In this document: positions 32,317-44,502 of the stretch, piece after piece
Numbering within the stretch: position 1 is the stretch's first letter
Layout: every line of letters starts with the position of its first letter
Source of the DNA: Tubulanus polymorphus
Lineage: Eukaryota; Animalia; Nemertea
Assembly: GCF_964204645.1 (NCBI RefSeq)
Contig: NC_134026.1
Coordinates: 3,929,950 to 3,993,949 of the forward strand
Reading direction: 5' to 3'
Length of the DNA stretch: 64,000 bases
Program-made: the position numbers and the translations under genes
The notes under the pieces: model-generated
The model's database searches: none
What the model saw: the letters and a program-made list of their open reading frames with translations, nothing else
What the model was told of the DNA's origin: nothing

Positions 32317-35300
32317 ATGGAAAAATCGTCGTCGGCTAAGAACGCCTGTATTCTTTGCGGTGCAAATGATTTCGAGTGTTTTGATGGGTTTTTCTATTGT
32401 GTACAATGTCAGACTCAGTCACAGGTATTCTATTCTTCGTTCAGGGGAAGTATTTTGATAGCTCATAGTCGATTCAAAATGGCGGCTTTTTCAATAGTAG
32501 AAAATAGCTAGGGTGAGGGTATATAGTTATAAAGTTGCGGTTCCAGTGGTTGGCCTTGATGGTACTCTACTAGACTCCTGTGCTTTTGAGGTCTAGTTAC
32601 GTTTTTCATGAATTTTTCTATAAAGGTCTCCTAATTACTACCCAATGATTACTTTTCAGTTATATTATAAGCCCAAGTAGTTAGTTACCTAATCGTTGGT
32701 GGTAAGCTTTTTATAATCGGATGGGCTTATACCAATGTGGTTTGTGAAAATATCCGATCGTGAAACTAAACCACAGACAGGTTACTGACTAAAGCCCAAG
32801 CAAATATTATTACTGATTGCTGTTGGTTATTTGATATTACTAGATATTTCTATGAATGGTTACTATAGTATAAACTTTCAATAACTTCTTATCACTTCTA
32901 CCTTATAGCTTTACCTGTGGGTGACTTATTATAATTCAGGCCGAAATGATAGAATGGAATGAATATTGCTAATATTAGTCTGTCATAACCATTTCAGGAC
33001 TATCGACACGAAGAGTTTGATATTGAAGACATCAACTGGCAAGGGCGAGTAAGAGCTAACAGGAGGATAAAAAAATGTAAAATGAAAGGTAAAAGATTCT
33101 TCTCGACGAGATCAATTCATTTAAGAAAGAGAATAAGAACTGAATTTGATTCAGAATTGAGGAATTAAATTCTGACGTCTAATTCAACTAATCCAAGGCT
33201 TCTCTTTCTTTACTTGTATTGTGTTTTAGTCAATATCGGTCGTCCATGGACAACGATTGAGGTATTTCAGATAATCTTAAAAGAACAAGTGAAAGCTCTG
33301 ATTAAACTTGGTGCAGACAAATCATTAGATGTACGTATGTTTGTACTGAGTTTCGTGTTTACCTGTTGAGTTTGAGTTGAGTGAGTTTCACTTCATTCTG
33401 TACTCCTTAAACAATTAGGCTTTGTAGACGGTACCAATAAGGTACCTTCTCTAAACTTGACATTTCACCCACAACTACTTATTCGTCCATGTGTCCAAAA
33501 TCGGGTGATTTTCATTACGTAATTTCATTTGATCCTTTGTAGGATGTCGTTTGGCGACTGTGGAGGAGGTATCTCAGTAAATCAAAAATAGCATTTTCAC
33601 CAGAAATAGAAGAGACCCCGGAAACTGATTATCCAAGAATAAGGTGTGCTATAACAAGAAATGAATATACGGCTTGGTACTTAATACAGAATAAAGACTA
33701 AACCTGCAACTGCTGAGCTTAATCGCAGTTGTTATTGGAATTCTCATATATGTTATAGGCCTGTTGGATGGATTCAAAGATGAATGAAAAAGGATATTTT
33801 ACGATGATTTAAAGATATATGATTTAAAATGGTTATTTCATGTTGTATCTTGTTATAATAGAGATATATTGAAGTGGAGAAGTGAAGAAAAAGTGCCAGA
33901 TATCCGTCGGCTAGCTACTATGTCGTGTAAGGAAACAAAGGCAAACACAGAAAAGATCAAGGTCGGTTTTAGGCCTATAGTTTTTGAAATGAAAGTTCGA
34001 TAGCTAAAACTTGAAAAGATTTTTAGAAAAGCTATTATTGCCGATATGCAGGATGTGAATATTCCTGGTCTGCCGCGACTCGAAGAAGGAATGGCAAATA
34101 ACAGTGAGGATGACATTTTTCGTGTTGATGATGAGGAGGATGATGATAATGAAGATAAAGAAGAGATGGAAGGGCATCTAGATATCAATCAGGATGATCT
34201 TCAAAAAATTCTCAAAGTGAAACGTGACCAAACAAAGTTTGTCGAAGTGAAAACGGAAAGGGGTTCTCGGGTATGTCAAACTAAATATATTCATGAATGA
34301 GAACCCTGTGCCTCCAGCTATCCCGCACAACTCAAACAAAATTTAGTTCATTTTTGATAAACTTTCATCTGACGTCAATTTCTAGTTCATGTGAAGCGCT
34401 TTCTTATGGTTCGTAAGAATTTGTAGAAATTATGGATAGTCAGATGGAATCTGATGAAACATCGAGCATTTTTGTCCTTGTGCGCATTTGCGAACCCAGT
34501 GGATCCTTGCTTGACGCAAGTGCAATCCTAGATTGTCGCATTCAAATGTGGAGTTGAAAAATCACTCGTTGAAAGAAGTGTTAGCTTATCCAAGCGATAA
34601 TTCATGCCTGTTTCAAATAAGAAAAATTGAAAATGTTATGCTCAAAACTGGGATCATTTAGACTAGCCTACATTTGGAAATGAGAGTCGATGATAGTGTA
34701 TCCATTGATATTTAGCTCACACTTTTTCAAGAAAATGCAGCCCTCACTTCACTTTGTCATCACTAAACTCTCACTTTTCATATCTTTTCTCTGAAGAAAT
34801 TAGGTCTTGTTCGTAATGCGAGGAATGAAATTCGAGATAACATTAAAAGGATGAATATGATCAAGACTTTAGCATTTTGTAAACTCGGACTAATTTATAC
34901 GAATAATCTCGTAATGATGGCAGATATCATCAGGTAAATAGGATTCCCTGTTAGTGTGTGTTTGATGATTTTTGTCTCATTAAATGATTTTGCAGGCTGA
35001 ATTAGTTTTACTGTTAATTTTCTCTATAGATGGACTCGAGAGCATTTGTTACCATTCTTGAATGTAAGTACTATTCTACCAGAAGACATCGTAGTTCGCG
35101 GATTGGATAGTTCCACTTTCTTCTCGCAGCAGGTAAAAACATGATATTGAATCTACTAAAAAGCAAATTCTACTGCATCATGGCAATACGATTCAGTCAA
35201 TTTGAATGTATTTGTGATACAACCCCTCTTCTATTTATGGAGTTTGTTAGATTCATATAAGTTGATTTTTCGATTTGTAGGAAGTCCCACCGATTGAGAA

Positions 35301-37709
35301 TTTGTGTGAAACCACCGGTAAACTTGTCGAGTTTCTTGATATTGATAAGGTCCCTGCTGTAGAAATTTCAAAGATCATCGGCAAATATGGTATCGAGATG
35401 GCCTTACCCAGTAAATATTTATTTCATTGACAATTCGTATCGAGTGAAATGAGATAATGATAGAAATTGATGAATTGAGTGTTTATTCAATGTTTCTATG
35501 AAGACTGCCCCTTACACAGCATCAGTGATTTTTCATTAATTTATACTTTCCAGGCGACATTATTGGAATGGCTCAGAATTTTCTGTTGATATTGCAGCCC
35601 AATGACTCGTATGAACCGCACCCGACAGGTTCTCCCCGTTATCAACCATACCCGTTATATGAAGCACAAGCGATAGCATACATCATCATTACGTTGAAAC
35701 TTCTATTCGGAGTTAATGATCATTCTGAAAGGTAGCGTGGTTTAAACTTTGAGCCTCGGACCCGGTCGCCACAATATATTAACTACAGAGATTTTATGCG
35801 CGTACATGTATCTGACTGGTTTCCTTCTTATTTGTTTTCTGAACTTTTTCCAGAGAGCTGTCAAACTATGGACGAAACTTACAAAATTTACTCAGTGATA
35901 GTAAGTTGAGTTTTAAATCTTTCTGACATTTCTTAAACCGACCTTAAGAAATTAGTTCTACATTGTTTGAAGCAAGTCTGCTAGTGCTACTTTTTGCTGA
36001 AAATTTTCAAGACCCTGATTTTGTGCTTGCTTTTCCCAAAATGCCTAATTGTAGTAGTAAGGTTTCAGCAAAAGTAAGCACTTTTGGCATGGAAAAAGTA
36101 GCGCTTAGTGACACCTAAACTGACATAAATGGACGTCCTAGCACATACCGGTTGATAAAATGACATTAGTGATTTGGCTATAGGGCCTAGTTATGGTTCG
36201 ACAAAACATGATAAAGCAGTTACATTCAATGTCTGTCATAGGCGCTATTTGGGTTTTCTGCGCCATATTGTGCTGAAAAGTGCTTACTGTCGCTGAAGTC
36301 TTACTTCTACAAATCATGTTCGATTGTTATTCAGATACAAAGCATCGTTTATTCATCTGGGATGAGTGGGCATTGTTTATGGAAAAGAGACTGAGAAATT
36401 TCCAGTCACAAGTCTGTCCGCATTCCATCGAGTAAGTTCGTAGTCAGATGAATCCTACAATCGCCTGGGGTTTTTAATGCATTTCATATATGAATTTGGT
36501 GAAAATTCTAGATCGCTGAAAGATGGAATAGATGTGAAAGCTTGCATGCGTCATTATTGCAAATTGGCAACATGTAAAGGAAGGGCTGCTTCTGTTCCAG
36601 AAGAGCTCAAATGCAAAGGTTAGTCACTGCTACTAGTAATTAACAAAATGTTGATTCTTGGGCTTTTATTCTCGTACTGCCTGTCTGTCTGTCTCTCAGC
36701 GAGTCAGATGATACTTGGGTGCAATGTTAGGGGTTTAGTTGTGCAGTGCAAAGAATGGGCCCAATGCGCCACCTAGCGGCAGAACTTAACTAGGTACTAA
36801 AAAACTGTTTTTCAGCGATATGACCTTGGAAGATGACCTCATAACTGAGGAAAGGGTTCGAAATTGAAAAATTTATCTGGACAAAATTTAGCCATTGGTC
36901 CTAGATACATACCCAAAATGAAATGGGAACAAACCCTTGGTAATTTCGGAGTTCACGTTTATCTTTAATTGATTTGATAGAATTAATTTTTTCCAGGCCC
37001 GATGAGATACCGCACAGATGTTCAGGAATCGCTAGTTGAAACATTTCAAACACTTCTCCAGTTCGTTTATTCTAACAGTGAACACGTACCAGACGCATCG
37101 TCGGATTCAGAATTTTTCGACAAATTTGTTCCGATTACCTCAAAAGCTGATGGCTCCAGTTTGCATTTCAGTAGTATGTCCATTCAGTATTTGATCGATA
37201 AGGATTTCATAAATTGTTTGGGTAAAGATGATATTTGTAACGTATTCTGGGAAGAGGTGCCCGGCGAATGTGACGGCGCAAAAAAATCGTTTGAATCGGA
37301 CGATTCGGACGCCGATCAGCTAGACGAGATATCATCACCGCTCAGAATGGCAGAAGTATTCGGTAAATCTCGCAAGCGCAAACGAGTGCTCGATTTGATC
37401 ACTAAAAACATCAAAAAGAAAAAGACCGCTGCTTTGACTACCGAACAAATGAAAATCGTTGAAGATTTGCAGTTCTCAGTTTGTCGCGCATACCAGAATT
37501 ATTCCGTCTACACTCTCGAAAGCAATGAACCCAGTTGGCATTTATCTTACGATTGGTTGCTGAATATTTGTAGTTATATTACGGAGACGCCGAAAACTCG
37601 GATCCACAAGGAAGTGGCCAAATTAGAACTTGTTCACATTTTAGATAAGGGCTCTTTAACTGAAAACAAACATTCACTCCGTGGAAAAATCATGAAAACA
37701 TTTCATTGA
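32317..37709 (+). CDS. TAF1B: TATA-binding protein-associated factor RNA Pol I subunit B (Rrn7-like)
   Basis: N-terminal zinc ribbon CILCGANDFECFDGFFYCVQCQTQSQ; WTTIEVFQIILKEQVKALIKLGA...VVWRLWRRYL; MADII.WTREHLLPF; YEAQAIAYIIITLKLLFGVNDHSE; terminal WHLSYDWLL. ~14 exons. Confidence 0.88.
32678..32791 (-). mobile_element. 114-bp MITE of the 9-bp-TSD family (TAF1B intron 1)
   Basis: TAGTTAGTTACC...GGTTACTGACTA flanked by perfect TSD AAGCCCAAG (32669-32677 and 32792-32800). Confidence 0.9.
36049..36312. mobile_element. ~260-bp hairpin MITE in a TAF1B intron
   Basis: TTGTAGTAGTAAGGTTTCAGCAAAAGTAAGCACTTTT pairs with AAAAGTGCTTACTGTCGCTGAAGTCTTACTTCTACAA; degenerate pairing continues inward. Confidence 0.7.
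36730..36953 (+). repeat. Dispersed ~220-bp repeat, copy 2, with a CTCF-like core
   Basis: Homologous to 27059-27283; GCGCCACCTAGCGGC at 36766-36780. Confidence 0.75.
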
Positions 37710-38961
37710 CTCGAGGCACAAGGAAAATAAAATCTAAGGTTAAGCAATTGATCCTTGTTATCAGTTCTTAGAGAATTCTGTTGTCTTCCATAGTTGACTC
37801 TTCCGCATGTCTATAGCAGAGCCAGTAAGTAACCAGACTGCTTTAGTTTCATCTTTCCATGTATTTATACAGGGGAACCAGATCTAGTGTCAAAGCAGAG
37901 CCCAGAAAAGCCTATGTAGTGTCCTTTATTTGTATTTGTTCTATCTCTCGGCTCTGCTTTGAATTTCAAATACAGCCTATAAAGGAAACTACATCGAAAT
38001 TTTCTGACGACAAGAATTTTCCAAAAAAACTTCACATAGTTTCCTATTTTCCATGCAAAATTAACTTTTCAGAATTTTTCACATGCATCTCATCCCTGGT
38101 GGGTACAACCAGGACTGGGTGATCAGACGATTAACCTGGTGCTCGTATGGGATTTTCACAACAGCTACTGTGGTCATAATACGGCAGGGAGTTATCAACA
38201 GAATTCAGACATGATAGGGTTGCGGGAACTTGATTATCCTATTATGATGCATACAGCAAATGAAGAAAGAAAGCTGCAGATATCCGAGGAACGCTAGGTA
38301 CAACACTAGAAAACCTAACATACAGCAGAGAAATGAGCTCCTTCACAAAGTTCTTTATTGAATCCTACAACACATTAAGACCCAGTGGTTCTTTATGAAT
38401 ATTTTCATGAATAACTGCAATACAATGATACATCTGGTATAGAATAAGTGGCCCATACAGGGCAACTGGTTGCAAATACATAACTTTTAAGAATATATCG
38501 CAGCTATTTTACTAGGTTTGATAGGTTGAATTACAGCACTGGTATAAACACATGAACAAAAGTTCTAAACACATTGTACCCAAAATAGGAAATATATTTT
38601 CGTCAGTTATTCAATTAAGGTCAAACCCAGGCGCGTTGTGTAAGATATATGCGGGTTGGTTTGTTTTTGATGTGGTAGGAACTGAATGAGATCTCTGACA
38701 AATTTTGAAACTTTGATGCTCAGATTTGGCCTCTGTGGGAATTCCATTGATAGGTCTAAATAAGTGAACAAATTTAAGACTGAGGGGTACATGTTTTAAG
38801 TGCAATACATATCTGCTTAATTTTTTTTAGAATAAAAAATGAGCACAACTTAAACTTTTTGTAGATTGATTCAGTCAAACCCCCCATGCTACAGGCCTGA
38901 CACTAACGGAAACTCTGAAGGTAACGCTGAACAAACAATTTGAGCTAGACAACTAAGATTC

Positions 38962-41900
38962 CTATAAAACTGGTTGATGAAAGTTCACATTTCCGTTCAA
39001 ACACCCGGAAATCAGAAGACAATGCGTCGGTGAAAACTTTGTTGTCAATACGGCGTTAGTGTGACTGATACACGTGCCGATCTCCGTCAGTTTACGCGGC
39101 GTGTTTGTTAAACTATCGCACAATTCGTTACAATCGTTATCGAAAGCGAGCAGACGCGTGCCGTACGCGAACGGTGAACAAACTAATCGTCCGTCACTGC
39201 TAAAACACGGCTCTTTGATAAATCCGCGGCCTACATTCGCTTCTTCGCAATAATGCGTTAATCGCTTCGCGTTTCGATGTATTTTCGGTTTTGACGCGCC
39301 ACCAGGGGTCCCCGTCGTGGCAACCGCATTATTGCTCAACAATAGGAGCGTTCGTTCGGGTACTTGCGAACCGGATCTGATAACGAACGTCACTGAACTG
39401 TTATCGTCGGTTCGAGCGGCGGATGAAGTTGTCGTAGCACCGGCGCCCGCGGGTGTCGCATCCGCGAATATCTGAGGTCGAGCCGTACGCGACGCTCTGT
39501 CCGTCTCCGACGACGGATACGATCGATTGACGCGAATCGGGCTGATCGTGATCGCGCGACGATGAACGATCGAACTCGACGAGACGGGAGCGGTCGACTG
39601 CGTGATCGTTAATCTCCGAGACTCGGCTCCGGTAATTATCCGTATCGGCGAACTCGTTCTCATCACCGCGGACGACGTCGATCTACCCCAGCTCTCTCTA
39701 CGTGGGAATATATTTAAAAAGTTCCGTCTCGGCGGTGGCTCGGCGACCACGCGAGACGCCGATTCAGCGATTATCTGTTCTGAACTCGTACTCTGATCAG
39801 GCAGAATTTCAAAGTTCGCGCTATCACTGCCGTTCTTATCACCCGATTGTTCCGACTCTTCTTGGATCGATTCATCCTCGACTTCTCTTTCATCATTTTC
39901 AGGCTGTTCCTGTATGTCGTGAATACAAGTCCACTGAAAAAATATAAACCGTACACACTTATTCAACCTGAACTAGATCAAAACATTTCTGGAGCAGCAC
40001 ATTTAATTTAAACCCTATGAATTAAACTGAATTCACTAATATTTGACAACAGATTTTAATGGTCAACTCTTTTCGGGATTAAACATTTACCTCGGAGTTT
40101 TCATCTGAGCTTGTATTCCTGGAAAGCACGCTCCAGCCATAAGGATGAATCTGAAACCGACATTAAAAACAACCATGAAAATATGACAAGAACGTAGCAA
40201 GAAAAATTGCAGAAAAAAATCATAACGATATAATCAGAATATTCTACTCAAGTTCATGAGCTAAGAGAGATCACAGATAGGACAATAACATTGAATTCAC
40301 AAAAATGTATTTGGGGTATAATCGGAAAGTGTTAACCTGTAATGAAGCGATAACTTCAGCTTCGTTTCCGTCCGGGAAATCACTGATGAACTCGACGCGG
40401 TTTTTCTGTCGCTCGAACACTTGATTGTACATGTATCCCTGTCGTACGGGCGATTGAGACATCTGCATCAATCGATACATGTTCGGTTTGAATCCGTGCA
40501 GATCTCTGTTCAAAGTCGTCAGGTCTAAATTGTGCACGATCATCAGATAACCGCCGGCGGTCGATATGACTAGTTTACGTCCGTCTGGCGTTAGTTTCGA
40601 GCGCATCAGTCCGTTTGTGTGAAATACACGAGTGAATGTGGTTTCTGGTTTTTCGGAATAGCTGTAAAGAAACGTACCTTCATCGAGTAACTAACAGCAC
40701 TAAAAGGCATTTACAGTATTCTCTTCAAATTGAAATCAAGTTGCTTCCAATCGTTTGCCCTAGGGACATGCAAGTCATAGGAACTGATGTCAAGTGCGTA
40801 CTATCTGCCTACATAGCTTGGTAGAACTTATCTAAACTAATCAAAATGCACCAAGGTTTACTAGAATTAAGCCTTGTTTATTTGACCAGGTTGACTTCAG
40901 CCTTTATGTTTTCATTATGCAGCCAGACTAGCTAAAGATTTAATTGACCTTTTCAAATTGTTTTCAATTGTCATCTGACGACGGGCTCAATTTACGTGTA
41001 GAGTTAGCACCTCGAAAAGTGCTCTATTTTCGCGTACATATCTTATGAATGTACCCTATCTATGTGGAATCTTTGGATTTAAAGGTTTGGAAAATAGATG
41101 ATCTGATTGTATTCAAACCCATAATGGAATATCTATTTTTTGTAAAGCCTACAGACTGTCAATGCAGCACCATTGACAAATGAAAGAGCTTGAGCGCATT
41201 TCTCAAAAGGAAACAAGCAATATACAAATCTATGAGTTATTTTCACTATGATCATGAAATAACTTGACATAATTAAGTAAAGTGTTTCAATACAAAGCCC
41301 CGATGTTGATCATATTTTGCAGATTCAACAACTAGCTACTAATAACTTATAGGATACAAAATCAAAATTGTTGTGTTTCTTGACAAGTTGTTTTAATTTT
41401 TCGATCAGACGACCGGGTCGAAAAATTGCGTAATGCTCACTTGTTTATATCCCAGGTGTAAATGCTACCGTCGAATCCGGAAGTTAACAGCAAACCGGCG
41501 TCATCGGCGTATTCAATATTCTTCACCCAATTCGAGTGTCCGTATAGCGTACGGATTTTATGCCGCAAATAGCGTACATCCCACACTGATATAGTCGTAT
41601 CGTCGGAACATGTGGCAAATATCCGAGAATCTAAAAACCTGAAAAATTGGCAAAAAAATGTCAAATTTGAGCTGTGAGTTAAAAAGATTTTAAATGAAAA
41701 ATTAAACATATCCATCAAATCCATCCCAGACAAAAATGAATAGACTTAAGTTGAAATGAAGCTAATAATTAAGTTTTCTTTTTACCTAACACAATTAACA
41801 CAATCATTATGAGCATTGTTTTTATGTCCGATCAGTTTTCCGTTCAATGGATCAAACAGTAAAAAACTCTTCCTCTCGCAGGCGGCCACCATTATAGACC

Positions 41901-43927
41901 TGAAATATTCCGACAAAACCGTTATCATTCAAATTCCACATGGCAAAAATCTTGAAATTGTTAGCGAACACAAATACTTAGGCTAGACTTTTTCCGCTAA
42001 TGGTTCCTTTCGCAGGGCAAAGGAAGAACTTAGAAAATCCGCCAATCGAGCTATGTTAAGTATAATACGCATGATAGGACACCAAAATTGCTCAGTCGAT
42101 GTTGCCATAAATTTATTTGATAACCTTGTAACCCCAATTCTCCTATATGGTTGCGAGGTGTGGATGCCCAACAATAACCTGGCCAAAAAATTGCTGAAAA
42201 ACAAGGCTTTCTCTTTGGAAGAAACTTTTGAAAAGGACATCCACCTCACACAACTTTTAGCCAAATTTTGTAAATTCGTGCTGAATGTGAATAGAAGAAC
42301 CACCAACATAGCTGTGACAGGAGAATTGGGGTTATATCCCTTGTATATTAACTGTTGTACCAGAATTATTAACTATTGGTAACATATATGTACAGACAGC
42401 AACGGAATTGTAAATAGAACACTGAAAGATATCCGGGATGAGGATAAGTTTCATTGTGATTGGAAAGTGTTTTTGAATGCGTTGTTAAAGACTAGCAGAA
42501 GCGATGTAGATGTATATGGTAATTTTGTACCGACTAATCTTCCAAGCTGTATTAAACATATCCTACAAGAAAGATACAAAATATTTTGGCATGATAAAAT
42601 CAAAAAATTTAGTAAACTTCAATGCTTGAGTAATATCAAATCCGAATTTTGCATGGAACAGTACCTGCTACTTAATATCCCAAAAACATTTAAATCTGCA
42701 ATATCACGACTCAGATCAAGCGCACACTCCCTACTAATTGAAAAAGGGAGACACCTCAATCTAGCAAGAGAGAATAGGTTATGTGAGAAATGTAATATTG
42801 TTGAGGATGAATTCCACTTTGTTATGCAATGTTCAAAGTGGTCTGACAATAGAAAAACTCTTCTTGAAGAATTATATAGAAATTTTCCGGAATGCAGGAG
42901 GTCCTCAAGTGAGTGTAAATTCAGAAGCATTATGTCAACTGTACAGATGGCGTATAGCCTTGGGAAATTTATAAAGGCTTCTTGCTAGATTCAGCTATGT
43001 GTATGTATATGACAGGATATGACGTTGTTTACTGAATCAGATTTTTTACTTGTACATAGCCTACTCATATGAACCGTCTCGGACTATTGAATCCTAGTCA
43101 TAGTATAGAGAAACTAGTGTATCTGCCTATCTTATCATGTTTGTATATAGACTGCTATAAATTTTATCTGGTTTTGATATATACTATACATGTATTCTTC
43201 TTTGTTTTCCTCTTTATTGTAAAAAGCCAATAATGTCATTTGTATATTACGGTGCAATAAAGATTAAATTGAATTGATTGAGTGAAATAAACCCAAACTT
43301 TAGGCCTTTTTATGAACCAGCAAAATCGAAATAGATTAGAGGCCTTTTTATGAACCAGCAAAATCGAAATAGATTAGCTATTTAGATTATATAGCCGATT
43401 AGTGTCAATTAGCATAACCGGGTATGTTGGTTGATAAAAACGCCAGGTAGAAATTATTCAATTATGGCCTACTCAGCAGCGACTTCTACCGAGAACACCA
43501 TATCGGTTGGATTAGATAATCGGCATACTTGCTCGCCGAGCGAGTATGCTGAGTATGCTAATCGATTATGATAACCAATGTTCATAAAAATGACGGATTA
43601 TGACATAATCCATGCTCATAAAAACGTTTTGCATACTCGAATATACTAATCGAGTGTTCATAAAAAGGCCTTTTCAGTTTCATTACCACTGTCGACCCGA
43701 AAACCACAATTCAAATTCGTTAGTTTGTCTTACCCATCCAATGAAAAATCAAAGTTGAATATTCCACCATGGTCGGTATGGTCAACTGTCGATCTCGGGT
43801 CCCAGGAATGAATTTTCTTAATGTTGGAATAAAGAGTGGGCAGAATTTGACTTTTCGAACAACTCTGTGAACTTCCTAATCGTCGGTTTTCCAGCCATTT
43901 CCAAGGTTCCTGGTGAGTTCTCTTCAT
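38962..43927 (-). CDS. DCAF10: DDB1- and CUL4-associated factor 10 (WD40)
   Basis: 6 exons. HGGIFNFDFSLDG; FLDSRIFATCSDDTTISVWDVR...HSNWVKNIEY; MRSKLTPDGRKLVISTAGGYLMIVHNLDL; RLTHYCEEANVGRGFIKEPCFSSDGRLVCSPFAYG...TKFSPTHCLLISGCLNGNVNFHQPVL*. Confidence 0.94.
41981..43280 (+). mobile_element. 5'-truncated non-LTR retrotransposon (RTEX-like ORF2 C-terminus), antisense in DCAF10 intron 1
   Basis: ORFs 42053-42382 and 42467-42988 share a frame and are split by one TAA. Motifs LFDNLVTPILLYGCEVW, AVTGELGLYPL and the zinc finger RLRSSAHSLLIEKGR...CEKC...EDEFHFVMQC. The 3' UTR ends CAATAAA plus an ATTGA-like tail. Confidence 0.88.
43302..43671. mobile_element. MITE with AGGCCTTTTTATGAAC TIRs and a duplicated left end
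   Basis: AGGCCTTTTTATGAAC (twice, ~38-bp tandem duplication) ... GTTCATAAAAAGGCCT. Confidence 0.75.
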
Positions 43928-44502
43928 CGTCAACAAAATCTACGATGCGCGAATGATGATTTGAGTTGTATTTACAGCATTTTGATCCTAGTAGCGTCGG
44001 GAAAACGACTTAGAACAAGATTTTCTGAGCGATTTCAATAAATTAAGAACAAGCTAGATCTGTCGTGCTGTAACCGCAAATTCGTGTGGAGCCATCGTTT
44101 GTAGAGGTTCGCTTTTTGCTTCGGTTTTCGGCGATTAAATCAAAATCACATTTTAGGGCAAGAATAAACGTTGACACATTTTATAAGGCACGAGATATAT
44201 TAGGAACCATATTTTACCAGTTAAATACCCTAAATTAAACCACTCTTTCGTGTAAAATGCATCAATAATTACCAATTTGTTTGGTCAAGTTGCAAAAGTA
44301 GCAGCACCTCCTGGTATGTTGCAAGGCTATTAAAGCGGGCCGGATTAATTTGACATTTCTTGCTGTAAAATATAATTAGTTACTTACACTCATATGAAAG
44401 TATTGTTAATTTTCTGATTATACTGTTCCACTGACGTGATTAAAATGAATCTTATTCTTTATTTTCTAGGAGTGTTAAAGAAAAGATAAAAGTCTGGGAG
44501 AG

